A stretch of DNA of 64,000 nucleotides from Raillietiella orientalis (lineage: Eukaryota), in the NCBI GenBank assembly GCA_036172245.1, contig JAYWIR010000005.1, forward strand, positions 124,001 to 188,000, given 5' to 3'. The notes under the pieces are model-generated. The model was not told the origin of the DNA and searched no databases. It worked only from the letters and a program-made list of their open reading frames with translations. Every line of letters starts with the position of its first letter. The first letter of the stretch is position 1. Shown here in pieces: positions 1-12,887 of this stretch. The translations under genes were made by a program, and so were the position numbers.

Positions 1-17
1 CCAAATTTACTCTTAAG

Positions 18-3000
18 AATTCATATGGCAGAGGTCATATAAACAATAATTATGAAAGAGGCAAGCCTTCAAACAGAGCTCGGAGAGTTTATAATCGTAC
101 CACTCATTTCGAACATGAAAAGGATTCTTCAAGCAGGCATCAAAAAGGAGTACAAGATTGGTCTCAAGTACTTGAAATTTTGTTGTAACAATTGTAATTA
201 AAGATCCATAGGCTGTGCATGAAATGAATTGTGAGGAGGAAACTATGGACATCAAAGGAAGCAGTTTTCCTAGAACCAAAACAGTAGATAACTGGCGATT
301 AAGAAAACAGGGCAAACAAGAGGATGACATGTGGAGACCATCACCATATAAAAAAGATCTTGAGAAGGACAAGGGATATTTTTGTAAGTGACAGCTTCAC
401 GTGTAAGCATATTGTAGTTACTTTTAGTCAAGGCATCTAAAAGTTTCAACTGGAGGGACAAATCCCAAAAATATGAAAAAGAAAATAGAAATGATCATGA
501 AAAGTAAGTCATAATCTTTGAAATATGTTAGGAGTAAGGTTAAAACATTTTTGGATGGAATAATTGCATTTTTGTTCATGCCACAATTTCACTCGTTTAT
601 GACATTTTCATTTCTATTCCAGACTAGGGAACCGTCACAGAACGAAAAGTATGGGATCTGAGATTTCCGGTGGTTATACAAACTTTCTAAATGATACTAA
701 GATCCAGAGTGCATTTTCAGATTTGAAGAGGTATTTTGAAAAAGAGATCATGTAAAAGTATAAAAATGAAAACTAATGCACTTTTATTGTGCAGAAGCAA
801 TTCGTTTTGATATTGATTTAGTAAAAATGAGAATCCCAAACATTATCAGCTATACTTTAAAATGTTTTAAGTTTGATATAAGGTGTCTGCTTTCAGTTGT
901 ATTTTTGTTTGCATTTTAAGTGTGCATGTACACATGCACATGCTTTTTTTTGCTTTTGTAATATCAATATTAAGCAGTTGCTATGTTTACTCCTAAATTG
1001 AACTTAAATTCGAATTTGTTTGTCCTCTATTTAACTACATTGATGTCATCCATTTGTGTTAATATTTAGGTGTATTTTTGCTATTATTTATTGAATAGAC
1101 ATTGCTTTGCATCATATGCTGGTATAATGGACAGGGATGAGTTTGATACTATCTGTGAAGAAAACAAAACACCTTTATTATTTCGGCATTTATTATTTGC
1201 TGAAATGATTATGAAGTAAAATGTGCTGTTGTAGTGGACTAAATCAGATGTATTGCAACTACATTATAGGAACTTGTTACTAACTAAAGAATTACTTTAT
1301 TAATATCCTCCCACATCTGTAGTGTATTTATTCTGTTGTTATTTAGTTACAGGTATGATGATTTGCCAGAGTGGTCAGACACAAATTCTGATCATTTTGT
1401 TGGGACTTTTGATCATACTGGAACTTTTCAAGGATCAGACTTCAAATACAAGAAACAGGTGAAATGCTTAAGACATAATATTTTAATTTCTGTTTGATTA
1501 GAGTGATGATGTGCTATGTTTTCAAGTTGAGAAGCAAAGTTTTCACACAAATGAAAATGAAAAACGTGATTCTAGTCATATTTTGCAATCCACATTAGAT
1601 TGTTCAGAACAGAATGCATCAAAAATTAACTCTCCTGTTCTTTCAAAAAATGTACATGGTGCTATGTCTCTACACAATACTTTGGACAGTAAATGTGATC
1701 ATATACCCGCAAAAAAGAATACAAGCATTCAAAATAAAGAAAATTCTCCAATTAATGTCTTTGTTGAGAGTCCAACTGTTAACAGTTCTTGTGCAGTGAC
1801 TGATGCAGTTCCCATAGAAGCCTCAGATTATCTGTCAAGTGCTAAAGCAGATTACAAACTTGATGGTAACATTGTTAATGCAAAGCATATAGCAGTTGCA
1901 GCTGATATGGTGATGAAGAAGTTTGTGGATGATTTTGAAGTGCACAAATCAAATAAATTTGATAAGCAAAATGAAGGATCCAAATGGTATTATCAGGATC
2001 CACAAGGTGATATACAAGGTACGGAATTTTTTCTAACAAATAACTAGAAAATAGTTGTGAAGTGTAAATTTTTTTGCAATGGTAGGTCCCTTTAGTTCTT
2101 CAGAAATGTTATCTTGGTATGTTGCTGGATATTTTTCGCTGAACTTGCCCATAAAACGAGATAATGATCACCAGTTTGTCCCACTCGGAGAAATGATAAA
2201 GCAGTGTAATAAAATTCCTTTCATTGGATCACCCTCTGTAGATGTTGACTCTGATAATGCTTTACTTTTACTAAAGCAACACTTAATTCAGCAGCAGCAA
2301 ATTTTAGAGCAAGTTAAAGAACAAATGTTAATAAGGTATGTGATTATAAAATGCCCTATTTCTTATAAATCATCTGAAAATGAATGTAATGTGTCTTTGT
2401 TTAGACTAAGGAAATTTTTTAAATTTTATTTCGATTTTGGGATGCAAATTTCCGTACGTACTTAATATTACTTATGAATGATTAGCAATTTCTGTAGAAA
2501 ACAGTGTTGGAATATTTGAGCATATCATTGTGTTTTTGGAAGTGAAATTTTTCTATCTTGTCATAATAAATAAGAATCTTGAAAAACAAACATGGTCTCA
2601 CTTGCTTTGCTAATTTCATAAAAGAAGTAATGAATCCATTCTTTTAAACACCCTATTTAAGGTAGCGAAGTTTCAAAATTTGAGAATAGTCATTTTACAA
2701 TATAATATGAATTTGTTCAATCTGGTTTACTGATCCCTGCTTTGCCAATTCATGTGTATGTGTTTTTTAAATGTACTGATTGTAAAAAAAAGTGTCTGTT
2801 TTTTACAAACTTTTTCGATAACTTTTAATTAAAAATTTTTCATCTTAACATGCACTAGTATTGTTTAAGAAATCGTCTACATTTTGTATTTTATGTCTAA
2901 CTAAGTGTAGCATGTTGTAGAATGAACACTATGTTACACCATCATAGTGATGAGTTTTTAAAATCAGTGGTTTTTATTCAGTAAAGATACATCAGACACT

Positions 3001-6000
3001 TTAGAATTCTGTGGATCCACCTAGTTTGTTTTATAACAGCAGAATATTGTGTTGGGTTTTGTAAAAATTAGTTAGAATTACACAGGTGCCCACATTTAGA
3101 TTGCCTACTACAACCAGTTTGTTTTCAAAAGTATATTGGCAACCTAGTGGTTTTGGAAAAATACTCAATCTAATTTGCATGGAAAATGATACTGAAATTA
3201 GTGATAATAATAATCATAAAAAGCGTGGTATTTAACTTAGGGGTAATGTTTAATTTCGAGAAGCTTAAATAACAACTGAATTAGTGAAGTGAGGCAATTA
3301 GTTGGTCTCCCCAAATATTCCAAGTCCATTTTCAACATTCACACTGTTTTTTAATTAATACCTCATTATATTACACACTTTTCCAGGAATGTAGGGAACA
3401 TTCCGAATACTTGGAAACAGCTTGAATTATTTGCGTTATTTCAAAGCCTACAAAGTGTATTCCTTTATTGTGTTCTTCTTTTCACCTGTAGTTTTTGTAG
3501 TTTTATAATATTAGAAGTGCATGACTTCTATCAAGTTTGCAATGACTTTATTTTGCAATGATCTGTTAGAAAAACATTGCTTGTCCTGCATATGTATCCA
3601 AAATAATGGTGTTTTGTGAATCATTCGACTTTTAGTGCATAAAATGATTTTTGGTTATAGGCAACAGCTTCTGCTTCAAGATGTGATTCATCATTTGCAG
3701 ATGAGTGATGGTTGGGTGTGCTTGTTCCCATCAGAACAACAGAAAGTAAGTCATTTGAATTCGCATATCAATTCTATCAAAACTATTTTATCTTCATTGT
3801 TTACTGTTTTTATTTGTATTTTTCTTTTCTTTTCTTTTTTTTTTTTACGGAGTATGATAAGTTTGTTCTGTATATTAATTAGGTTATTGCAGAACACCTA
3901 AAGTCACTCCAAGCAAATGATGTAATTTTTATTAAACTTGAAAGGGAATTGAGGTTCCGCTTGAAAAACATATTGTCATTCCCAATGTCATCTGTTCCTG
4001 CTGAAGTCCAGACTCTTTATGAACAGTTGCAGCAGCTGTATGACAATGCTAATAATTCCATCAATGGCTTGTTCCTTCCAACATGTACTCTTGATTCAAA
4101 GTCACCTTTACCAGTAACTAATGTTGCTGATTCTGGAGTATTGGTAATTTTGCTTGATTCATTTCAATTGGTAAAATGATGGTCATTATATTCGTAAAAA
4201 TCAGTGTTATTGATCCATCTTAAAGTTATCATATTTGTATTTCATTGTAGTTTTCAAAGATATTGACCATAGAAAGATATGACTGTACTCCAAATCATCA
4301 GAAAATGTTTTAAAAAAAAAAGGAAAAAAAAGCAATGTACTTGTTTTTTATTAGAAAACCCTTTTTTTTTCTTTCCAATAACTGATACATCTGAAAATTT
4401 ACTTTTCTATTAATTGGTTAATAATAATCTTTTCTAGCTTAAAACATCTCCAGAAAACAAAATAGCTGAAGAGAAAACTTCATCATCCATTTTGGGTTCT
4501 GTGATAACACCAACAACAGTTCAGTCTCCAATCCAACAGGTTACTTGTAACTTCTTTGTTTTCATCTTGATTAAATGAAAATTAGAGTAGTAATGTAGGA
4601 ACTGCATTCAGAATGACGTGGTACCATTTATGTGCTCAGTGATGCTTATTTGTTCTTCTGATTTTCATTGTTCCATTTCTCATGGAAGACCCTATTTAAA
4701 AAAGTCTTCACAGTTTCCTTTTTAATGCCAAAACCATGAAGATTTAGGGTACTTGGACGTTTGTTTCATGGATTTTGCAGCGTTCACTTATGGCTTTAGA
4801 CTTTTCCTTGTGATGCTAGTGGTTTTTAGTGATACTGTATTTTGTGTTTTTGATGCTTTGCTTAGTAATACATGCAAACATTTTTTTTGAATGTTCTAAC
4901 ACGAAGACTGGCTGGATGCAAGTTACCTGGAACGTAATAATCTTATAAAACGTTGTTGTTAATTCTTCTGTGACTTTTTCTCTTTTGGATAACAGTGAGT
5001 AAGGTGTTTGGCGTGAACACATAAAATGCCTTGGAAATTACAAGGAACTTTTCTTCGATAAAAAAGCAAAAAATGAAGTGCTTTAGAGTATTTCTGCACC
5101 TACTCCTGCTTCCCCCTCTAAAAAAACTAAAAGCTAGTAAGAATGGGTGAATGATTAAATTAGATAGAAATAAGCATAACGTTGCAACAGTCACACTAAT
5201 GGTTCCTAACCCGTTCATTTCAGAATCATTTGAGGATATGAAATGATTTTTTCAATGGTATTGTTTCTGATAAGAAAAAAAAAATTCCTTGACTGTTAAA
5301 AACAATTTTTGATGTATTTGTCTCAGCATTTTCCGGTATCCTCATGGCCAGTGTCCTCTAAGTTACCGAGATTTATCGAATCCACAATTGAGAATCCTCA
5401 GGAAGTGAATGATCCTCTGCAGAAATCGACCGAGTGCCAAAGTGTACAGACTATGATGCAAAAAGATGTCTTGCAAGTGTGGGATAAACAGTGGTAAGTA
5501 TTTAAGAACATTATTAACCATCATCAGCACCTTTCTCATTTAGTGATGTGGCAAACGCCAGATCCGAAGAAAAAGTATTTGAAAAAGGCATTTCTACAGA
5601 AAACTCGACAAATTGTGGCGAAAATGAGCTTGTTGGGACTTCAGTGGGAAACTTGGGTGATAGAAGTGAATTGGAGAATAAATCCGAAATCCAAGAAAGT
5701 GAAAAGGAAAGCAGCAGCAATAACTGCCTATATCATAGAAAGAAACAGAAAATAAAAGACCTCTCTCACCAAGAATCAGCAGCAAAGCCGAATCCAGATC
5801 ACAAGGAGATGCGAGAAGAACCGAGTATGAAGCAAGAAAAAAGTCAGAAACCATCTGAGAAAATTGAGAAGGAAGAAAATGGGGGAGAAAAAAGGCTTGA
5901 AGCTCATGCAATCGACAAAGCAGAGCAATCATCAAAGTCAGAAGAACAAAGAAAAAAGGAAGAAGAAGCAAAGGAAAAGGGTAGCAGAGGCAAACTGGAA

Positions 6001-9000
6001 GAAGAGAAGTCAAACAAGGAAGTAAAAAGGAAGAAAAACGACGAAGAAATGCAACCAAAGGACGAGACAAAGAAAAAAGACGAAGCTGAAAAAAGAAAAG
6101 AAACAAAGAAAAAAGAAGATAAGGAAGCAGAACTGAAAAAATGCTCTAGGGAAAAAAGTAAAAAGAAACACGAAGAAAGTCAGAAAAAGCCCGAACAGAC
6201 TGCAGAAATTTCAGAAGTACAGATTGAGCATGCTCATGATGAGAAGAAGCAAAATGAAGAACTTGAAAGAATACTGGAATTAAAACTGAAAGAAAAACGA
6301 GAAGAAGAAATGCGAATGCTGGAAGAGGAAAAGAGAAATTTAGAAAATGAAAGAAAGCACTTGAAAGAGCAGCAGCAGAAGCTGTTGGAAGACAAACTAA
6401 AGTATGAGCAGGAAATCAGGAACAGAATCTCCAAGACCATGCAACAGGTATTTTTTTTCTTCTGATGTTTAATGCTTAAGGGGGACAGAAACCTTGGTCA
6501 GCATTTGGTTCAAACTGAAGTTAGTGTTCTATTGGTCGTTATGAAACTGTTGACACGAAACATAATGAAAAAGGGGGCATTGGGAGCAAGAATTTCCATT
6601 AGCATTGTCAATACTCTGCCAGTGGAACATCCCTAAATCTCGTGTTGTGCATTTCGGATTCTTCAACACACACGTACAGATTCAAAAGCATTCTGGATTT
6701 CCAATTGCCATCACCATTCGCATTAGACATGTTTTATTGGAAAGGCACTTGCCTTGTGAATGGTTCTTGCGGTTTTTAACAATGTATCTTGCAAAGCGAT
6801 TTTGAATGCTGCATCTGTCGTGGTCTCATAACCATTTTCTTATTCTCCCAATGGCATGTTGTGCCTTCACTCACGAGTGAAGCTAACTGGTCCATGTGTT
6901 CTTCCGAGGTTACAAACATGTAGGTGGTAGCAGATTCTCCAGGACTGAGGAAAATTTCCGTGGCGAGTGACGCCCAGCGTAATAACACATAGGCTAAGGG
7001 ATTACTTGGGTGAAAAGTAACTGTCAGGTTACCTGGCATCTCATCATGAACGTAACGGTCGCCTTCAGACATTAAGCCCAGTCTTACGATTCTTCTCATG
7101 CAGCTGTTTTTTCCCATCAGTCCGCCCCCGTGAATCCTGGCATCGTATTTTTTAGTTGAGTTAGTGGGAGACTCTACAGGTCTTTGCTCTGGCTTTCAGC
7201 TTATACGGAACTGTGTACGCCTTTTGTGCAGCCCGAATGTTCCAAAACGGAAGAGGGTGAAATACGGAATCTGTTAAAATTCGCTGTCATTTACGCGTTT
7301 CGTTCATTCGCAATTTCAGAACTGTTGGTTCAACTCTTAGCAGTGATGCTTTAATTGCGATTTAAATCTCATTAAGTTGGCAGCGACCTCGGACGTTTTC
7401 TGGGATCTCATGTCAATTGTGATCAAATTGGATGAATTGCCTTTACATGTTTGGGGAAAAACTAATAAAAATGTTTATTTTGCAAGCAGATAGTGGAAAA
7501 AGAGGTTGAGAAGAAACAGGACGCTTCCAAGAAACTGTGTGATGAAAATGAAGAAATCATCAAGAATTTGAGGCATGAGATAGAAAACAAAAAACTCGAG
7601 ATCTTGGCCAAGCAAGGAAAGTCCCCAAGCACCAGTGATCATCAAAATGACAGGTTTTTGAATTGGCACATTGAGAAACGGAGGATTTTTCGATTTTTTA
7701 GAGCTGCAAATGGCACCAAGCAGTTGAAAGAAACAGACCAGAACCTGGAAAAGAACAGCATAAAGAAGCACGTTCCAGTTTGGGGTAATCCAGCCAACAT
7801 AAACAATCCGCCCAATTTACTTGAAATTCAACAGATGCAAGAAAAAAGGGAAAAATCGAAAGAGGTATTTTCAAATTGATACTCTACAACTTTTTGATCT
7901 GTGATAGCACACTGCTTCCATGAAATCAACTGTTGAACACAGCAATAGTGGCAGTGCTTTAAATAGCAAACCATGCAAGACTCCCTTTTGTTGGGCAAAT
8001 CTGACGAGAGCAGCCTATGAGCCTGTCCTCTCCTTGACTGAAATACAGGCTGAGGAAGCAACCAAATTGAACAAGGTAAAGCAGCTTTCTGTTAATGAAT
8101 TAACTGCTAATTACTGTGTCCGTACTAATTTTCTCTTGCAAGAAGGCTATGTTTGGGTCCTGTCGATCCGATCTGGCCAAGAGGTTGTTTTCTGCAACAT
8201 CCTCTTTGTATCTGTTTTGTGCTGTCTGATAATTTCGAGCATATTAAGGTTGACCTAGTCATTTCAATGTGCTGACCGAATGTTCAGCTTTCTCCTAAAC
8301 TCAAGCAAATGATCCTCTTTCACTACCAGTTGTGTGCATTGCTATCAAAGACCTTCCTATTCTTTCGTAACCAAGTGTTGACCTGTTACTGTGTTCTCTT
8401 AGAGTCTCCTGGATCTGCAGACTCATCAGAGCTATAATTCATTTTCACGTGTTTGTTCCACCCGTTAAAGTCTGTAGTCGTTTTCATCGAATTGGGAGCG
8501 TTTTTTGAAGTGGTTGCATTTGTGATCACAGTGCTCTTGATTGATGGCCATGATTTTCGCATGCCCGTGTTTGTCACCGCAAGTCGTAACTTCATCGTTT
8601 CAGTCTTTTTTAACCATCGTGGCGTAAAGACAATTAACCGCAGTCACTTCCTACCGAAGAAATTATTCTTCCTTGGACCAATGTTTCCAGAAATTGAAAA
8701 AAAAATCGAATGGTTGGAACCGAAGCTCAAGTTCCGCCTGCCTATTCATGTTTTGAAAAAAAAAAAAGAAAGAAAGAAAAAAAAAATGCGAACATTGAGT
8801 TTTTTTTTTCCTTTTTTTTTTTTTTTTTTTTTGCGTTTGCTGATTTTGTGTACGTGTCAAGAGGCGACGGGTTTTCCACGGGCTGATTTTCCCATGGTAG
8901 CGTATGAGGCAGGCCGTCCAAAGGCTGCAAACGACAAGGCAGCTGAGCAGCCTTCAGTTTCGATGTTGCAAAACACGTGAGCCGGCGGCATGCATGTGAC

Positions 9001-12000
9001 TGAGCGGCAGTCTCGACAGCCGATCGTGGTGGACCTCCGCAGCTGTGTTCGTTTCATTGCCGTCCAGGGTGGAGGCTTTTCCGAATCGTCATGAATCTTT
9101 GGATCCTTTAAAACATTGGTTTGGATCTGCTTTATTTATGAATCACACTCTAGAAATTTCGTGCTTTCAAGGCAGATCCTCTCAGCGTTTGCGGTTATCG
9201 GTTGTTCCAAGAACCGAATCGAAAGTGTCGAACTTTAACTTGCCTGAAACGCTCGTCTTTGCCAGGGTCTCCATTCCCATAAGGTTTGCATTCCCGAGGA
9301 AACATTTTTTTCTCGAACACCTTTTGATGAAATTGCGTGCGGGAGCTTTGAAAAGAGGGAGACAAGCAATCGGGGATTTGGCGAAAATACTGACCCTTCT
9401 TACAAATTTCCGTAGGAGAGGAAGGAGAACATTCCGGATCCCTTAGCTTCTTCGGGAACGTGGAGTTCCGTGTTTCATTCCTCAAGGTCCGCCCCGAAGA
9501 ACAGCAGTGCGTTCCACGCAAGTCTGCACAGCGTCCCAGGTATGCGTACGGGTGACTCCCGGGCACGTGGGTGAAATGTCTTTGACGCTTACGCATCCCT
9601 CGTTTCAGAAACCAATTTGAAGAAGGAGACGGTCAGGGGGAAGCAGAAGAAGGAACAAGATACTGTCCTCAAGCTGTTCGAGAGCGAGCTGCAGAAGAAT
9701 CTAGACGATTTTACCAACTGGTGCGTCAATGAGCTGTCCAACATCAACGTGTGCTTGGATGGTAAGCACGGTTTGTTCCACGATTCTCCAGTGCAGCCGG
9801 CTGCTTTGCCCTCGCCTACGCTCCGTCCACTTTCAATTGCCGTGTCGGAGAATCCACGCCTGCGCCACTATCCGTTCATGCCCAGGGTGCAGCTGTGGGA
9901 GCGCAGGGCGTATGGTGGGCTTGATCACGAGATCGGGCCGGAGCGCTCTCTCTCCTCTTCCCACGAATCTTCAACGCCCGGGAACCGCGGCCCATCGCGC
10001 GAACCCGAAGTTTCCCAGGAGTGACCGGTGCTCTCCGCCCACGAAAGTCCCGCCGGATCACCAGAAACCGGGAGAATGGTGATTTCTGGAAAGCCGAATT
10101 CCCGTCTTTCTTCTTTTCTTTCTCCGCCGTCGCTTCCACCCCTTCTCGAGGCGTGCCCAGAGCTTGAAGGTCTCACGTGTTTGCGTCAGCGTGCGTTTCG
10201 ACGTGATCTGGTTTCTCGGTTTGTCCGCTTGCCTGTTTGCTTTCCATTCCGAACCGGTTGCATGTAGAGCCGGTTGCATCTTCCACATCCGTACCGGTTG
10301 GCATAGTTTTCTGACGTCAGCGGTTGCCGGTCCGTGAAAATAAAAGCAAACGAACCGCCTTAAAAAGAAGAGAAAAAAAAAGCCGTGTGCGAATCACGTA
10401 AGCGGTCTGGTTTACCCGCTTGCTTTGGAGTTCCCTTCTCCCTTCCTCATGCCCCATCCGCCCCCTCTTTCTCTCTGTGTGTGTATGTGTTGCTGGCTGC
10501 TGATGCATTCCGTGTGTCCCATCCCTTTTACCAACGGTTCCGTAGACAAGCACGATTTTTTTCTGCTTTCAGTCCCCACCTTTGTTAGCTTCCTGAAAGA
10601 CATTGAATCCCCCGCGGATGTAGCTGACTATGTGTACACGTATCTGGGAGAAGGAAAGGAAGCAAGGGATTTTTCAAGGCAGTTCTTGGAAATGCGTGCC
10701 AAATGGTCCACGGTGCAAAAGGTTCGCGACAGGCAGAAGGATCACGTCAGCCAGCCCGATCATGCAAGCGACCTCGCCCATGTGGAGCTCAAGGAAACGA
10801 AGGTACGGGGCGTCCCTCTCCCATCCCGTTTCATGCCATCGGAAAGGGATGCGGGGTCAGCGTGACGTGTGGGGTAGGGACGTGCTGATGCCAGTTGTGG
10901 GGAAGGGGATGCGGCTGATCCAGGCGGAGGGCGAGCGGCTCCGGGGCACGCACCTCTGATAGGTAAACACAAAAGAACCGAGTGAGCGAGGCGGAGGCGG
11001 AGGGAGTGACAGCAGGTAGCGCCTCCCAGAAAGCAGGTCTTCGCCGGGTGATGGGGAGGCTTACCTGCCCCTTGGACAGCTCCGCAACTGGGGCTAATGC
11101 TTGCCCAACATTTGGTGACGGCGCGGACCCCAGTCGGTTTGGGGGGGGTCTCGTGCTAGAGGATCTACATGGCCACTGTTGAGGTTCGCGCTTGGCTGGG
11201 TCACGTGGAGGTCCGGAGCCAGGGGGTGCGAGAGGAGAGGCTGATCGCCTGCCGGATGTTTTTCTTGGTTCCCCACCGAGTTGCAACGCGGGGAGTTTAA
11301 TAATCGAACCGTGGCCGTTCTCCACCGTGGTCTCCTTTGCGCCTTCATCTTTGAAACGGAGCTTGAGCGGTATCAGACGACGGACCAAACAGCGACGTCA
11401 TGGAAACGAGAGGTGGCCTATCGATCGTACGCGCACCGATCCGTGTTTTGCGATCATCGAAGGATACTTCCTGGTTGCGGAATCCCTTGGGAAAATTTTG
11501 CGGGGAAATTGTCCTTTCCCACTCCAAAGGTCCTCACAGCGTGGCGGTTGCCGTTTTTATTAATTCTCGCGCTAGTCCACGAGTGGCGAACGGAAGGACG
11601 TGCCCGTGCGCGTAACGTTTTCTGTGCCATTGGATTTTAACAACGTGCTTAGCGTTGCCTCCTTTGGAAGATCCCCGAGGCTTTTCGAGTCTTCCCCGTG
11701 CGTTTCCAGATTCCTAGGTCGTGGGTGGGCGGCAGTCCGAGCTCGCAGCTTCTGCGTAGGGCACACCCCTGGCGCAAGTTACCATCGTTTCTTGTTGCGG
11801 TGCTGCATCATCTCGGGGAGGCAGCTTCCCTTGCAGGAAAGCAACCGTCACGGCACCTCTTACTCGTTTCTGGCACTCGCACGTCTTTGGGAGAATCTGT
11901 CGGAACTCAAGCTGGAGGAAGGGCGCTTCGGGAAAAACGTGACCAAGTGCCCTCTGTTCGTGGTGTACTCATGCCCTTCTCTTGCAGGTGAAAAGCAAAG

Positions 12001-12110
12001 GAAAAAAGAAACACAAAATGCAAAAAATCGATTACGATATCTTCAGCTTCAATGTTACGTCTCCGGACAGGATCAACGTTGGAGAAAGGGATTGCGTCGA
12101 AAATCTGTAA
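18..12110 (+). CDS. GIGYF: GRB10-interacting GYF protein (GIGYF1/2 / Drosophila Gyf family), multi-exon, N-terminus upstream of window
   Basis: GT-AG exon chain with consistent phases: 18-167, 212-383, 428-503, 623-730 (probable), 1353-1458, 1502-2018, 2086-2335, 3661-3745, 3883-4143, 4438-4539, 5327-5493, 5544-6447, 7490-7864 (possible 48-nt intron 7654-7701), 7908-8075, [unresolved exon(s) 8.1-9.0 kb], 9447-9539, 9609-9761, 10573-10802, 11988-12110 (TAA). Family motifs: LPEW...GTFDHTGTF (DDX6/Me31B-binding-like motif), GYF domain WYYQDPQGDIQ/GPFSSSEMLSWYVAGYF, E/K coiled coil, LSLTEIQAEE, FTNWC...LD/VPTFVSFLKDIESP..VADYVYTYLG, and C-terminal KKKHKMQKID..IFSFNV..PDRINVGE. Confidence 0.93.
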
Positions 12111-12537
12111 TATCAATTGTATAATTTTTTTTTTTTCCAAAGTTCCGGGATTATATTTTTTAATACTTTATGTGAAGTTGTTTGGTTGTCACGGCTAGAC
12201 ACCCCAGACATCTAATTAAACTGTATTCAGCGGCCCGTTTGAAAACTGCCATGTTATGTTAGTTCGTTGGTTAATTTCTGGACTGCCAAAACCACCAAGG
12301 TTTTTTTCCCTAACAACATTGTGTTCTAACGTGTTTGCAAACTGAACAAGAAGTGCCTTCATATGCTGATTTCGCCCTTGTATTATTATTATTATTGTTC
12401 CTTGAGAATATATTTGAAATATTTGAATGTCATTTTTACTCGAGAACGATGCTCCTTGGATGGCCGTGGTCCTTCCGTGATGTGGGCGCACCCGTTGATA
12501 CCGAGCCAGGCATAGGCTCAGGATACAGGCTGGGTCA

Positions 12538-12586
12538 AATAAAAAACGCCAGAGCTCTGCTGAGTACAGAAAAGTGGACTTTTATT
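12538..12586. terminator. Closely spaced convergent polyadenylation signals (AATAAA on + at 12538-12543; AATAAA on - at 12586-12581)
   Basis: Both hexamers are seen in the 777-bp gap between the GIGYF stop (12110) and the GTPBP2 stop (12888). Each is on the correct strand for its gene. Usage is inferred. Confidence 0.5.
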
Positions 12587-12887
12587 GAGAGCTGTTTCGT
12601 CACCACACTTGAAACAGCAAAAACTGCGGCAAGCCACTGTAATCTGCCCATTATCACAGGAAAGATGTCAGACACCTGTGCCTTCAAACTGAATGCACAG
12701 TGCCTCGTCCTGGCGCAAGCTGGCCGCCGCCGTTGGTCAACTCCGGGGCACAGTGCACACACAACTGCACAGAACCATGTTAAGGAGGGGGGGGGGGGGG
12801 CACACTTTGTGAGGAAAGCACCGCCAGCTCAAGTGTGCAAGCAGGGTAAATCTTTGGCATAGGAGAAGAAGCACCGCGTTCTGAGGT

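Noticed and set aside
5594..6440. Hydrophobic minus-strand ORFs
   Set aside because: Antisense shadows of the E/K-rich GIGYF exon.
10963..11019. Possible extra GIGYF exon after a tag acceptor
   Set aside because: It hits an in-frame TAG and has no phase-compatible donor. Exon 10573-10802 joins 11988 directly.
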